Origin: a virus
Taxonomy: Duplodnaviria > Heunggongvirae > Uroviricota > Caudoviricetes
Reading direction: 5' to 3' (one strand)
Length of the DNA stretch: 64,000 nucleotides
Virus record (IMG/VR): IMGVR_UViG_3300044984_001938
Position numbers and translations under genes: made by a program. Below, piece by piece: positions 1 to 9,093 of this stretch. Within the stretch, counting starts at the first letter, position 1. Every line of letters starts with the position of its first letter. The notes under the pieces were generated by a model, which saw nothing but the letters and a program-made list of their open reading frames with translations, was not told where the DNA came from and did not search any database.

Positions 1-302
1 ATTGACACCACCTGATACATTGAAAGTATTAATGTTCAGTGTACCTAAACGAGTGATGTTGGCTTGATTTGAATTTACTACTGTATACGCTAGATTAGCT
101 AAAGCTGCCGGTACAAAGTTTGCAGTACCGGCTCCTGCTAAGATTAAATTGCCAGTGATTTGTAAATTAGCTTTTTGTGTAGTTGGCACCCCTGCCATAT
201 TAACCACAGGTATTAGTGTGCTTGGGGCTATATTATTACCTATATTTGGTAATTGTGTTATTTTAATTGCTATGTTTGACGTTGCCATTTATTATTCCCT
301 TA

Positions 303-1403
303 TTATGCAAACACTACACCGTTTTGACCGACACAATACCACTTGCTATTAATGTACTGTAATGTACAGCCGTCGCCAATGTCGTTAAATGTAATTGTTC
401 CTGTGCCTGATGTTTTCCATCCTGCATTGGTAACTGTGATAACCATATCACCACCGTCTGCAACCATCATAAATGTTTTGATTTGCCCTGTACTTCCGGC
501 TGCTAGTGTAGCTGTACTTCCTACTATAGTAGTAAAATAAGTAGCAGTAACTGATAGACTAGCAGCACCACCGTTGACTAAATTATCACTGCTACTTAAT
601 AATAGTTGACCAGTAACTGAGACATTTGCCGGCAACTCAACACTAATAGTACCAACTGTTGTTATTGGGCTGTTTGATACCACTAAGGAACTACTAGACA
701 CCCCAACACTAATTACAGTACCGCTGGCTGTCGTAGTAGATATAGTTACGTTCCCGTTGCTACCACTCAAGTTAATACCTGTACCTGCACTTAATCGTGT
801 AACACCCGTATTAAGTATAGTAATATTACCCGCTGTGGTTATAGGACTACCGGATAATTGTATACCAACACCTGAAGTGATCATTCCTACACTAGTAACA
901 GTGCCCACTGATGCAGCATTGGCAATAGCAGTGACTCTACCATATTGATCAACTGTCATTGCAGGATATGTATATGATCCTGCAGTTGCTCCGGAATTAG
1001 CTAAGTCAATACTTATTGTGCCGGCGCTAACGATGGGGCTATTAGAAACAACTAATCTTGCACTTGATACCGGAAGTAATCCTACACTAGTGACTGTTCC
1101 TCCACTTCCGTTGCCTCCACCTGATGAACTTATTGTGATGTTTCCGGTAGTCCCGGACAATGTAACACCAGTTCCAGCAGTTAAACTGGTTACCCCGATG
1201 TTTGTTATAGTTATCGTATTTGTATTTGCATCTGCACTAGTAAGTATTCCGTTACCACCAATGAATGTATTGTATGGACTAGCACATGCAAATAATGTAT
1301 TGAAATTAGTTACTGTTTTGGTAAACGCGGTGTATAGAGAATCGCTATTAGCCGATTCATTGGGTAACCCTATACCTATAGCTTGTATTCCTGAAATTGC
1401 CAT
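303..1403 (-). CDS. tail-fiber-like repeat protein (Gly/Ser/Thr-rich, internal ~95-aa repeats)
   Basis: 366 aa. Repeated units such as VTSVG..LVVSNSPI..GTIS recur at least three times. Composition is typical of beta-structured phage fibre or receptor-binding proteins. The C-terminal part is distinct. Confidence 0.45.
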   Translation of the reverse strand: MAISGIQAIGIGLPNESANSDSLYTAFTKTVTNFNTLFACASPYNTFIGGNGILTSADANTNTITITNIGVTSLTAGTGVTLSGTTGNITISSSGGGNGSGGTVTSVGLLPVSSARLVVSNSPIVSAGTISIDLANSGATAGSYTYPAMTVDQYGRVTAIANAASVGTVTSVGMITSGVGIQLSGSPITTAGNITILNTGVTRLSAGTGINLSGSNGNVTISTTTASGTVISVGVSSSSLVVSNSPITTVGTISVELPANVSVTGQLLLSSSDNLVNGGAASLSVTATYFTTIVGSTATLAAGSTGQIKTFMMVADGGDMVITVTNAGWKTSGTGTITFNDIGDGCTLQYINSKWYCVGQNGVVFA

Positions 1404-1448
1404 GATTTAATCCTTATTATGTATTTATCAATAGGGATCAAATCAGCC

Positions 1449-1775
1449 TTACCCTGGACTAAAGCTACTCCCGCATCCACATGTGGTTACCGCAGCAGGA
1501 TTTTTAATCACAAATTGACTACCGGATAAATCATCTTTGTAGTCAATAGTTGATCCAGAAACATATTGCATAGACATTGCATCTACTAATACACTGGAAG
1601 TACTGAATGGGATTTCAAAATCATCTTCGTTCATAACTTCATCTAGGCTGAATCCATAACTCATTCCCGAACAGCCACCTCCCTGTACAAACATGCGTAG
1701 TCGCATTGCAGGGTTGTTTTCTTCTGCTAAAATGTCTGTTATCTTTGTTTGTGCTGCTTCTGTTACTATTAACAT
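1449..1775 (-). CDS. Fe-S cluster insertion protein, IscA/HesB (A-type carrier) family
   Basis: 108 aa. The internal Cys and the C-terminal CGCGSSFS motif match the HesB/IscA signature (C-x-n-C-G-C-G-x-S-F). Confidence 0.8.
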   Translation of the reverse strand: MLIVTEAAQTKITDILAEENNPAMRLRMFVQGGGCSGMSYGFSLDEVMNEDDFEIPFSTSSVLVDAMSMQYVSGSTIDYKDDLSGSQFVIKNPAAVTTCGCGSSFSPG

Positions 1776-1826
1776 TTTTATTCCTTAATACATGCATATT
1801 TATTCAATATCGTGTGTGGTGCTATT

Positions 1827-3656
1827 TTAAGTAAAATAGGGGTCTACAATGACTAGTGTACCATCTTTTCGTTGCATGACATTCTCAGTATGTAAGTCCC
1901 ACCTTAATCCACTTTCAAGACCAAGCCGATATAGTCTACTCATTGTTTGATACAATATTCCATATTGTTTATTAATCAATGGATCTGCTAATTTTTCAGT
2001 AACTGATTGAGGCATATTAGCCATACTAGGTTCAAGTTCCCAAGTCTCTGGTTTCTTCATCCTATTAACGACAGTATTCCAAGGTGCTCCGCCCTTGGCT
2101 TCGTCACTGAGCAACCACACCATTGCCTCTTCAAAACTATTATTCGGTATGGACTGTAGTCTCTCCATTGCAATTTGTCTATAGGGAACACCATTGAGTT
2201 TAAATACAGTATGATGTTCTCCACCAATAGCTATGAATTTTGGCAAGTTAGGTAACTCCGGATGATCTTTACAGAAGTTGTAAAATGCCAAGAATCCCCG
2301 TTCAGCATCTTGTGCTGGTCCGGGAACTGCTCTAGATGGCATTAAAATTTTAACCACTGACCCTTCATCCTTTGACCAAACAGTTGCATCTTGACCAGAA
2401 CCTAACATGGTATATTTAAGTTGCTTCAATCTATCAAAAATCTGCAGGCTATTGTCAGTTTGAGTTTCATATTCATTTAGTGTTTCCTCGTTGGCGTCTT
2501 GTTCTAATTCTGCTTCGTCAACCGGACTCTTTGTTGCCCAAAAAGTTTTCCCCAATGCAGTTTGTTTGCTGCTCGGTAAAATATCATTTCCCAATTCTTT
2601 AGCAAATTTATACATAGCAGTAGCTATCCCACGCCTTCTATGTTTGTTATCAACATGCAAATCAAGAGCCTCGATATGATCGTCTTTAATTTCAAAATTA
2701 ACCCAACTCACTTGGTTCTTTCCAACAAATGTTTTTATAGTAAATTGTTCACTGGGTTCATTGAATTTTTGATGCAGAAGAAATCTCCCGGGTGTGGCTA
2801 CCATTGTATATTTGCCAAAAGTTTTTACTTTTTCAAACCCACGCTTGAAAATATCTGGGTTAACTTTTTCAACGACCGTTTCGTCATTATCACTTTGCTC
2901 TAAATCTGCTAAATCAACATAATTGATAGGCACCCCCTTAATTGCAGCAGCTAACGCACGATGATTACCATCAATAATTCTGTTATCTGCCACTACAATA
3001 ACTTTACTTGCTAGTGCTGGATCATTAGTATATGATTGTACAATTGCTTGTTGGTCATCATCCAACATATCAGTTATTTCATCAATATGTTCTACCCGAT
3101 ATTGACCAAGCAATGTAATCATTACTTTATGTCTTTGTAATGTTTGAATAGTTAATGGTTTATCAAACTCATGCGGAGATACATAGTCCCAAAATTGGTC
3201 ATCACGATCTGGATAGTTACCTCCGTATAGTTGAGCTAGAGTAGTAGAGTTAGTCCCATCTTCTTTCATTAGATGCTGTGCATCACCTGACTTCTCCCAT
3301 GCTGCCCACATTGCCTTCCCGTCAGGCGATTGCTCTCTACTGGGACGAACATCATTGCCTAACATTTTGGCGTATGCGTACATTGTACTAGCAACACCAA
3401 ACTTTCTATACTTTTCAGCTACCCATGTGTTCACGCTTTCCAAATGACCGTCACCGCTATCTTGATTTATCTTAAACAAAGCATGAGCAATGCGAGTATA
3501 TCTATTAAAAACATTTACTCGTAACAAATTTCCACCATAGTCGCTTTCGCCAGCCTCTGCCGTGTAAGTAAAATTGCCGATTTCTTGAGTATCTGTAAAT
3601 CTTAGATCACGGATATCTGGATTAATTTCCTCGTTTATGAATTCTTTTGCTCTCAT
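1827..3656 (-). CDS. CTS-like-tagged multidomain protein: GNAT-like, ParB/Srx-like nuclease and protein-kinase-like C-terminal domains
   Basis: The N-terminus MRAKEFINEE resembles the T4 capsid-targeting sequence. VIVVADNRIIDGNHRALAAA is a ParB N-terminal-like motif. HRRRGIATAMYKFAKELGND and TMYAYAKMLGND are GNAT-like acetyl-CoA-binding motifs. The C-terminus has a Gly-rich loop (GSGQDATVWSKD) and DLHTENVM resembling the kinase catalytic loop. Confidence 0.6.
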   Translation of the reverse strand: MRAKEFINEEINPDIRDLRFTDTQEIGNFTYTAEAGESDYGGNLLRVNVFNRYTRIAHALFKINQDSGDGHLESVNTWVAEKYRKFGVASTMYAYAKMLGNDVRPSREQSPDGKAMWAAWEKSGDAQHLMKEDGTNSTTLAQLYGGNYPDRDDQFWDYVSPHEFDKPLTIQTLQRHKVMITLLGQYRVEHIDEITDMLDDDQQAIVQSYTNDPALASKVIVVADNRIIDGNHRALAAAIKGVPINYVDLADLEQSDNDETVVEKVNPDIFKRGFEKVKTFGKYTMVATPGRFLLHQKFNEPSEQFTIKTFVGKNQVSWVNFEIKDDHIEALDLHVDNKHRRRGIATAMYKFAKELGNDILPSSKQTALGKTFWATKSPVDEAELEQDANEETLNEYETQTDNSLQIFDRLKQLKYTMLGSGQDATVWSKDEGSVVKILMPSRAVPGPAQDAERGFLAFYNFCKDHPELPNLPKFIAIGGEHHTVFKLNGVPYRQIAMERLQSIPNNSFEEAMVWLLSDEAKGGAPWNTVVNRMKKPETWELEPSMANMPQSVTEKLADPLINKQYGILYQTMSRLYRLGLESGLRWDLHTENVMQRKDGTLVIVDPYFT

Positions 3657-4345
3657 TAGTTGGCTCTTTCCGGATCATACATCGGGTGATCTTGATTATA
3701 TTGCTGTCTTACTCTCACAGGAACATTGTATTGAGTTTTTTGATAACCTAGTTCTTGTTTAACTTCTGTTCTTGGGTCACGCAATATAGCATCCCATGTT
3801 GCTTTCATTTTGGGATCCTTAAACCAATTATTCTGCATCAATTTATCATTGACCGATACATCATAATGCTGATCCGGATCATCACCAGGTTTGTAGCTAT
3901 AGCGATACATGGGATGCTCACCAGGCGGGGTTGGCTTTATGGTGCGCTTTTTAGGCAACCATATTTGAATCTTTTTCACATATTTTCTAAATGGTTTCAA
4001 TCCACCTTTGATCAATGTTTCAAATCTATCTGTGTCTAGGGAATCGTCTCGGCGTTGAAATTCGTCTCTGGCATCTTCGGGTGGTTCACCTTTGAACCAA
4101 TCAGTGCCGGGCATTCTTTTGCGTCCTATGTCTCTACGCAACAAATCTTGGTCTAATGTGAATATTACACCACCGCTATCAAAGTTTTTCAAGTACCCAA
4201 GTGCATAGTTATAATTGCGGGTAGTGCTGACATCCTTACCTAATCCCATTTTATCATTATGCCACATTTGTAGCATACTAGGTATGCTAGTAGCATGATA
4301 TAAATCGGCTGCTTGCAATTCGTTTAGAAATTCTTTTGCTCTCAT
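3656..4345 (-). CDS. CTS-like-tagged hypothetical protein (putative head-internal protein)
   Basis: The N-terminus MRAKEFLNELQ belongs to the same family as the neighbouring genes. The ATG overlaps the stop of the upstream gene (ATGA). Confidence 0.5.
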   Translation of the reverse strand: MRAKEFLNELQAADLYHATSIPSMLQMWHNDKMGLGKDVSTTRNYNYALGYLKNFDSGGVIFTLDQDLLRRDIGRKRMPGTDWFKGEPPEDARDEFQRRDDSLDTDRFETLIKGGLKPFRKYVKKIQIWLPKKRTIKPTPPGEHPMYRYSYKPGDDPDQHYDVSVNDKLMQNNWFKDPKMKATWDAILRDPRTEVKQELGYQKTQYNVPVRVRQQYNQDHPMYDPERAN

Positions 4346-5208
4346 TACATTACAAAAATTTGCCCCACTGAACTTGATAATACATCATCAAACATATATT
4401 TCATATCGTTTGCTAGTGTTTGGGTAGCCTCTGCCCTTTCGCCTTCATCACGATATTCAGGTTTGATGTTCATATACTTACTAGAATTGCCCCAGTTCTT
4501 ACGGCCATAACCCAAGTTGCCTGGTAATGGGTTGAATGAAACAGTACCAGTACCTAAATACTGTGCAAAAAGTTCGTATAGAAATTCATATGGTCGTTTG
4601 ATTTCACCACCGCGACTACTACGCTGTGTGCCAATTGCATTAAATAGTGCGTTGTATTCAGGTGTTAGGTCCCATTTAATAGCAGTGCTATAGGTAGTTG
4701 CCCCGCGATATACTTTACCGTAATATTCTTCTAACATAGTATTGACTGCTGTAAAGAAATGTTTTTCTGCTTCTGCCCATGTACTCCATTGACTTTTTCC
4801 ACGAGTACCGGCTTGAATAGCATGACCAAATCTATGTGCCATGATCCATGGTGTCATCATCACTTTACTATCACCACTGTTACCAACAAAAACCACAGTG
4901 ATTGCATCTTCGCTGCCATCTATAATCGGTTGTGCTTGTTCGCCAAACATCTGTTGAAGTTGTTGTGCATTGACAGGGCCAGTCTCCTTGTACTTACCTG
5001 TGCCAGGTATGTTACTAAAGAACAATCTAAAATCGTATGGAGTTCTCTCAAAGAACTTTGCTGTCTTTAATTGATTAGTAGGATGCGGCACTAATCGCTT
5101 GTCAACACCTCTGAATGGTCCGGGTTTATCAAAGTCGCCCATTGGGGTGAATTGTTTAAGTGCCATCTCATCGACGGTGTTCTCTGATATAAAGTCATTT
5201 GCTCTCAT
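4345..5208 (-). CDS. CTS-like-tagged hypothetical protein
   Basis: The N-terminus MRANDFISEN fits the family. A HRFGH motif raises the possibility of a metal-binding or hydrolase site. Function is unknown. Confidence 0.5.
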   Translation of the reverse strand: MRANDFISENTVDEMALKQFTPMGDFDKPGPFRGVDKRLVPHPTNQLKTAKFFERTPYDFRLFFSNIPGTGKYKETGPVNAQQLQQMFGEQAQPIIDGSEDAITVVFVGNSGDSKVMMTPWIMAHRFGHAIQAGTRGKSQWSTWAEAEKHFFTAVNTMLEEYYGKVYRGATTYSTAIKWDLTPEYNALFNAIGTQRSSRGGEIKRPYEFLYELFAQYLGTGTVSFNPLPGNLGYGRKNWGNSSKYMNIKPEYRDEGERAEATQTLANDMKYMFDDVLSSSVGQIFVM

Positions 5209-5690
5209 TATAGTCCAATCTTGCCTGGATACATTGGGCCAGTTTCAATTTGTTCACCACCATCAAAGTACTTTATCTCAATGGGCATGGTCTGCCAGTT
5301 TAATCTATCAGCAGCCATGATACGATGATTACCTTCGTTGACCCAGGCTTCGCCATTGTAAGCTACCATGATGTATGGTAAGTATTCATTATCTGTACTA
5401 GACGACATGGGTGGCAATTTACCAGTCTTTTTCATGTAATCCATTAACCATGCCAAGTCATCTTTACGCACCTTGAGTTGTTCATTACGCAACCCCGGCA
5501 ATGAAGCCAAAACCTTTACACTTACACGAGGTGGTGTTCCTTTAACATAAGCGGTAGTACTACCAAAATGCGGTGCACCAAAACTGTCACGACCTTTGCG
5601 TTGAGCATATTCTATTTTACCTTGTAACCAATCCTCATTGGGAACATCTATCCTCAGGGTACCTTCAGTGATGAATTCATTTGATCTCAT
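5208..5690 (-). CDS. CTS-like-tagged ParB/Srx-like domain protein
   Basis: The N-terminus is MRSNEFITEG. VNEGNHRIMAADRL is a ParB N-terminal-like (DGNHR-type) motif. Confidence 0.5.
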   Translation of the reverse strand: MRSNEFITEGTLRIDVPNEDWLQGKIEYAQRKGRDSFGAPHFGSTTAYVKGTPPRVSVKVLASLPGLRNEQLKVRKDDLAWLMDYMKKTGKLPPMSSSTDNEYLPYIMVAYNGEAWVNEGNHRIMAADRLNWQTMPIEIKYFDGGEQIETGPMYPGKIGL

Positions 5691-5694
5691 TATA

Positions 5695-6252
5695 CTATTT
5701 ATAGGGTTTGGCCCACCTGGTATTGATCACATTCCAGTTTATGATCTTCCACTGTTCGGTTAAATACTTTTTCTTGTCTGAACCGTAGTCCAATATCCAG
5801 GCGTGTTCCCATCGGTCAACTAATAACAATATATCATCGCGTACTTCATGGTTCTTGATCGTTTTAATCTTACCATCAGTCGCTAAGTATACCCAACCCG
5901 ATCCTTCTAACTTCATAAATTCAGTTTCAAATTCAGACTTCATGTTATCATAATCACCATAGTGCTTATTGATGAATCCAAACATAGGGCCGTTGGGTTT
6001 GTTATTGTTTCTTACTTCACGGAATTGAGGGAATAAGGTGTTATGCAAAAAAGCACCTGCATAGTTGAAATCTCTGTCACCCTCTTTTTTGTTGTAGCGT
6101 TCAGCGTAACCGTGGGCTAGTTTCCCGTAGTGTAGATCCAATGTATCTTTGGATAGAACGGGACTAACTTCAGCCGGAGTGAAGTTTAGTGGTATAATTT
6201 CTATGTCTTGCGGTTTACTCTTTTCCTCAAGTAACTGGATTAAATGTCGCAT
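5695..6252 (-). CDS. Fe/Mn superoxide dismutase-like protein
   Basis: All four canonical metal-ligand positions are recognisable: LHYGKLAH and FLHNTLF (His), and DRWEHAWILDY (Asp and His), ending in NWNVINTRW. This is SOD_Fe_N plus SOD_Fe_C-like architecture at about 185 aa. Confidence 0.6.
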   Translation of the reverse strand: MRHLIQLLEEKSKPQDIEIIPLNFTPAEVSPVLSKDTLDLHYGKLAHGYAERYNKKEGDRDFNYAGAFLHNTLFPQFREVRNNNKPNGPMFGFINKHYGDYDNMKSEFETEFMKLEGSGWVYLATDGKIKTIKNHEVRDDILLLVDRWEHAWILDYGSDKKKYLTEQWKIINWNVINTRWAKPYK

Positions 6253-6276
6253 AATATGTATTTATGCGTTGTCGTC

Positions 6277-6489
6277 TTAAAGACGCCTAATTATTCTTCC
6301 CTTAGACAAATCATAAGGTGAAAATTCTACTGAAACTGTATCACCTAGTAATATTTTAATATCGTTCTTACGCATACGACCACTGATGTAACCAGTAACT
6401 ACATTACTTAGATTCATCTGTACTTTGAACATGGCATTGGGTAATACATCAATTACCTTGCCATCCATCTTAATTCCTTCTTCTTTCAT
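6277..6489 (-). CDS. infA: translation initiation factor IF-1
   Basis: 70 aa. The sequence is near-colinear with bacterial IF-1 (DGKVIDVLPNAMFKV...ISGRMRKN.IKILLGD.V.VE.SPYDLSKGRI). Confidence 0.9.
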   Translation of the reverse strand: MKEEGIKMDGKVIDVLPNAMFKVQMNLSNVVTGYISGRMRKNDIKILLGDTVSVEFSPYDLSKGRIIRRL

Positions 6490-6512
6490 TTAGTTTATTA
6501 AACTCCTTTTAA

Positions 6513-6908
6513 TTATCTACGCATCCGTGCAATATCAATTGCATCTTGGTCACAGAACACCGGTACTGCGTTGCTCTTGTGAAGTTGACCAACCCCTAAC
6601 ATCTTCGTTCCTGTATATTTTGGTGATGGTTTGCTAGATACAGGACCAGAATGCCCGGTATCTAAACTCTTAATGTGATGTGTGTTTGTACGACCTACTG
6701 GGGTACTAAGTGAATAGATCAATGGTTCTGCTGCCATTGCTCGTTTTTGTTTCTTTAGCCCCTGCTCAACACCCCATTTTTTCTGTAGGGTGTGCCAGTC
6801 AGATGCTAGTTCACGATGTTTTTGTGCTTCCTCAGCATTGCGAAACTTGACTTTACCTTTGCTTTTGCCGCCCATTGATAATGCGGGGTGCATCATGTGC
6901 ATAGTCAT
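6513..6908 (-). CDS. hypothetical basic protein
   Basis: 131-aa ORF that tiles with its neighbours on the coding strand. No recognisable motif. Confidence 0.4.
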   Translation of the reverse strand: MTMHMMHPALSMGGKSKGKVKFRNAEEAQKHRELASDWHTLQKKWGVEQGLKKQKRAMAAEPLIYSLSTPVGRTNTHHIKSLDTGHSGPVSSKPSPKYTGTKMLGVGQLHKSNAVPVFCDQDAIDIARMRR

Positions 6909-6969
6909 ATAGATAGAAACATAGTTAATGTGACTGTAGTATAGCAGAAAGAGGATTTATCGTCAATCA

Positions 6970-7347
6970 TTATCGTTTTAGGGTTGCCCAAATCTGTTCT
7001 TTTTCAATGATTTCAGCTTCTAATTCCATATACGCTTTACGCAATCCACGCAAGTTTTCCCATTTTTCTTCTAGTCTTTCATTGGGATGTAGTATCGCTA
7101 ATCGTTCTTCAATCTTAGTCAATGACTCATTTAGACTTTTACCTTTAATTTTAATATCACCTTCAAACTCAGCATCACCTTTAACTTGCATTACTCCCGT
7201 GCCGATCGTACCGGGTTTAATAGTAAGTGAATCCATCCAATAAGGTGAGGCAGTTGTGTTAGTAGTAAAAACTAAGGCAGTACTATTAGGTGAAGTGTAA
7301 GTACCTAAAGTATCGGTGGCAGTTGATTGTTGAATGTTGTAGGTCAT
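6970..7347 (-). CDS. hypothetical coiled-coil protein
   Basis: 125 aa with a charged heptad-like C-terminal half. Confidence 0.4.
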   Translation of the reverse strand: MTYNIQQSTATDTLGTYTSPNSTALVFTTNTTASPYWMDSLTIKPGTIGTGVMQVKGDAEFEGDIKIKGKSLNESLTKIEERLAILHPNERLEEKWENLRGLRKAYMELEAEIIEKEQIWATLKR

Positions 7348-7532
7348 GTTTTCTTTAATATGTAACGGCCCGCCTCATCAAAACCAATTTCAATGTTGTC
7401 TCCCTCTTTCCAACCCATTTTATCTAATAATGCCTGTGGAATAGGTAATAGTAAATCATCTTCACTATCAGGGCTTGGTTGCGTTATTACTTCATAACGC
7501 ATTTTTTCTTGTCCGGGATTAGGTTTAGCCAT
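7344..7532 (-). CDS. AbrB/MazE-like (SpoVT-AbrB swapped-hairpin) small protein
   Basis: LPIPQALLDKMGWKEGDNIEIGFDEAGRYILKK resembles the swapped-hairpin domain of AbrB/MazE-type DNA binders. It overlaps the upstream gene by ATGA. Confidence 0.4.
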   Translation of the reverse strand: MAKPNPGQEKMRYEVITQPSPDSEDDLLLPIPQALLDKMGWKEGDNIEIGFDEAGRYILKKT

Positions 7533-7563
7533 ACATTAGTATACTATATTAGTATAAGGATAC

Positions 7564-8130
7564 TCAAGTTTTATGGATATACGGTCCATAAATCTTTTCC
7601 AGTTCATGGATAGTTTGTGCAGTATTAGCATCTTCATGCTTAACCGCGATACCACCTGCGTTGCTCCATGCTTCTAAATACTTACCAAAATCATCTACCA
7701 AAACATTTGGTTCACCATCTTGTGTGGCGTATTTGAACTTTCCACTGGTGAAAATAGCTTCACCACTTGTACCCGGATTATATTGATCTAACCAGTGTTT
7801 TTTACCGTCAATGCTGCTTTGCTTAAACGGGCCTCGTAACGGAGCAGACAACACAGTATAGGGAATCTTGTTATCTTTCAGCCACATGATAATACGCATT
7901 CCACCGGTCAATGGTTTCAAGTCTTTGAAAAATTGATAAATTTGTTCTGGACTAGAATTTGCTAATTCGTTGATAGCTTCTTCCGGATTTGGGATTGCTT
8001 TATAAGTTGAAACATTGTGTTTTTGTGCCCATGCTCCAAAAAAATCCGCTTGTACACCGTCCATATCTAGATACAAATGTGGCATTTTCGCTTCAGCCGT
8101 ATCTTCTAATAATTCTCTTATTTGCATCAT
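7564..8130 (-). CDS. 5'(3')-deoxyribonucleotidase, HAD superfamily
   Basis: The N-terminal LYLDMDGVQADF matches the DxDGV HAD motif I of 5'-nucleotidases. The protein is about 188 aa. Confidence 0.6.
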   Translation of the reverse strand: MMQIRELLEDTAEAKMPHLYLDMDGVQADFFGAWAQKHNVSTYKAIPNPEEAINELANSSPEQIYQFFKDLKPLTGGMRIIMWLKDNKIPYTVLSAPLRGPFKQSSIDGKKHWLDQYNPGTSGEAIFTSGKFKYATQDGEPNVLVDDFGKYLEAWSNAGGIAVKHEDANTAQTIHELEKIYGPYIHKT

Positions 8131-8250
8131 AATATTTATCTGTAATTGAGTTTAGACTATTTTAACACTAAATACATGATATGTAACATAATAAGGAAAA
8201 ATGCATGGTATTAAGGTGAGTAAACCATAATATTTAACATAAATACAACT

Positions 8251-9081
8251 ATGAAACAATTACTCACACTCCTAATATTGCTGTTCTCGGCACTTGTCTA
8301 TGCACAATCTCCAACTTCAACAGTACCACTTTCCCCGGATATAGCCGCAATTAAGAAGAAAAATGTCTTGGTTGTAGCAATGACCAAAAAAGATAACCCT
8401 CCCTTCTTTAGTGGGGATGAAAAAAACATACGCGGGCTAGATGTTGAAATTGCTCAACGCATAGGGGTATTACTTGGGGTGCCTGTGGAATTTCGCAGAG
8501 ATGCAGAAAGTTTTGCCGATGTAGTTGAACAAGTTAGGTCTGGTGCCGCAGATGTTGCAGTAAGTAAACTGTCAATCACAGGTCCAAGACTACTTACAGT
8601 TCGCTTTAGTGATCCGTACATCAAACTCAAGCAAGCAATGATTATTAATCGCTTATGGCTAAGTCAACACGGTCAAGGCCGAGAAGTGTATGAAGTGATT
8701 AGAACATTTAACGGCAAGATATCTTTCATCCGTAACAGTAGTTATGATACATTTGCCCGTGCAAATTTCCCCAAAGCAATATATACTCCCGAAGATAGTT
8801 GGGATACGATTGTCAATAATGTAACTAGCGGTGCAATTGCTGCTGGATATAGAGATGAGTTTGAAATTAAGAAAATCTCATTTGAAAAGCCTAATGCAGC
8901 AATTACTACAAAAACTGTAACTATTTCTGACTCTATTGATAATATTGCAGTTGCAGTAAATATTAACTCACCCCAACTACTAAGCATAGTAAACTATGTA
9001 ATTAAAAATGATTACAGTAATATTGACACTAAAAAGTTAATGGACCGATACAAGGCTGAAAAGTCTCCTGTAAAGAAATAA
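8251..9081 (+). CDS. secreted periplasmic solute-binding protein (SBP family 3, amino-acid-binding-like)
   Basis: The signal peptide is MKQLLTLLILLFSALVYAQSP. Size (276 aa) and the VAMTKKDNPPFF..GLDVEIAQ..GV pattern are typical of polar-amino-acid-binding proteins. Confidence 0.5.
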   Translation: MKQLLTLLILLFSALVYAQSPTSTVPLSPDIAAIKKKNVLVVAMTKKDNPPFFSGDEKNIRGLDVEIAQRIGVLLGVPVEFRRDAESFADVVEQVRSGAADVAVSKLSITGPRLLTVRFSDPYIKLKQAMIINRLWLSQHGQGREVYEVIRTFNGKISFIRNSSYDTFARANFPKAIYTPEDSWDTIVNNVTSGAIAAGYRDEFEIKKISFEKPNAAITTKTVTISDSIDNIAVAVNINSPQLLSIVNYVIKNDYSNIDTKKLMDRYKAEKSPVKK

Positions 9082-9093
9082 TTAGGAAATAAA

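Noticed and set aside
149-540. Plus-strand ORFs 149-352 and 343-540 at the window start
   Set aside because: They are antisense to the tail-fibre-like gene and to the window-edge gene. Their hydrophobic, low-complexity translations are typical of the antisense of G/T/S-rich coding sequence.
2491-5070. Plus-strand ORFs (2491-2679, 2640-2903, 3755-4039, 4759-5070 and similar throughout) embedded antisense in long minus-strand genes
   Set aside because: Each lies wholly inside a longer, motif-supported gene on the opposite strand. These are AT-rich antisense frames and are treated as spurious.
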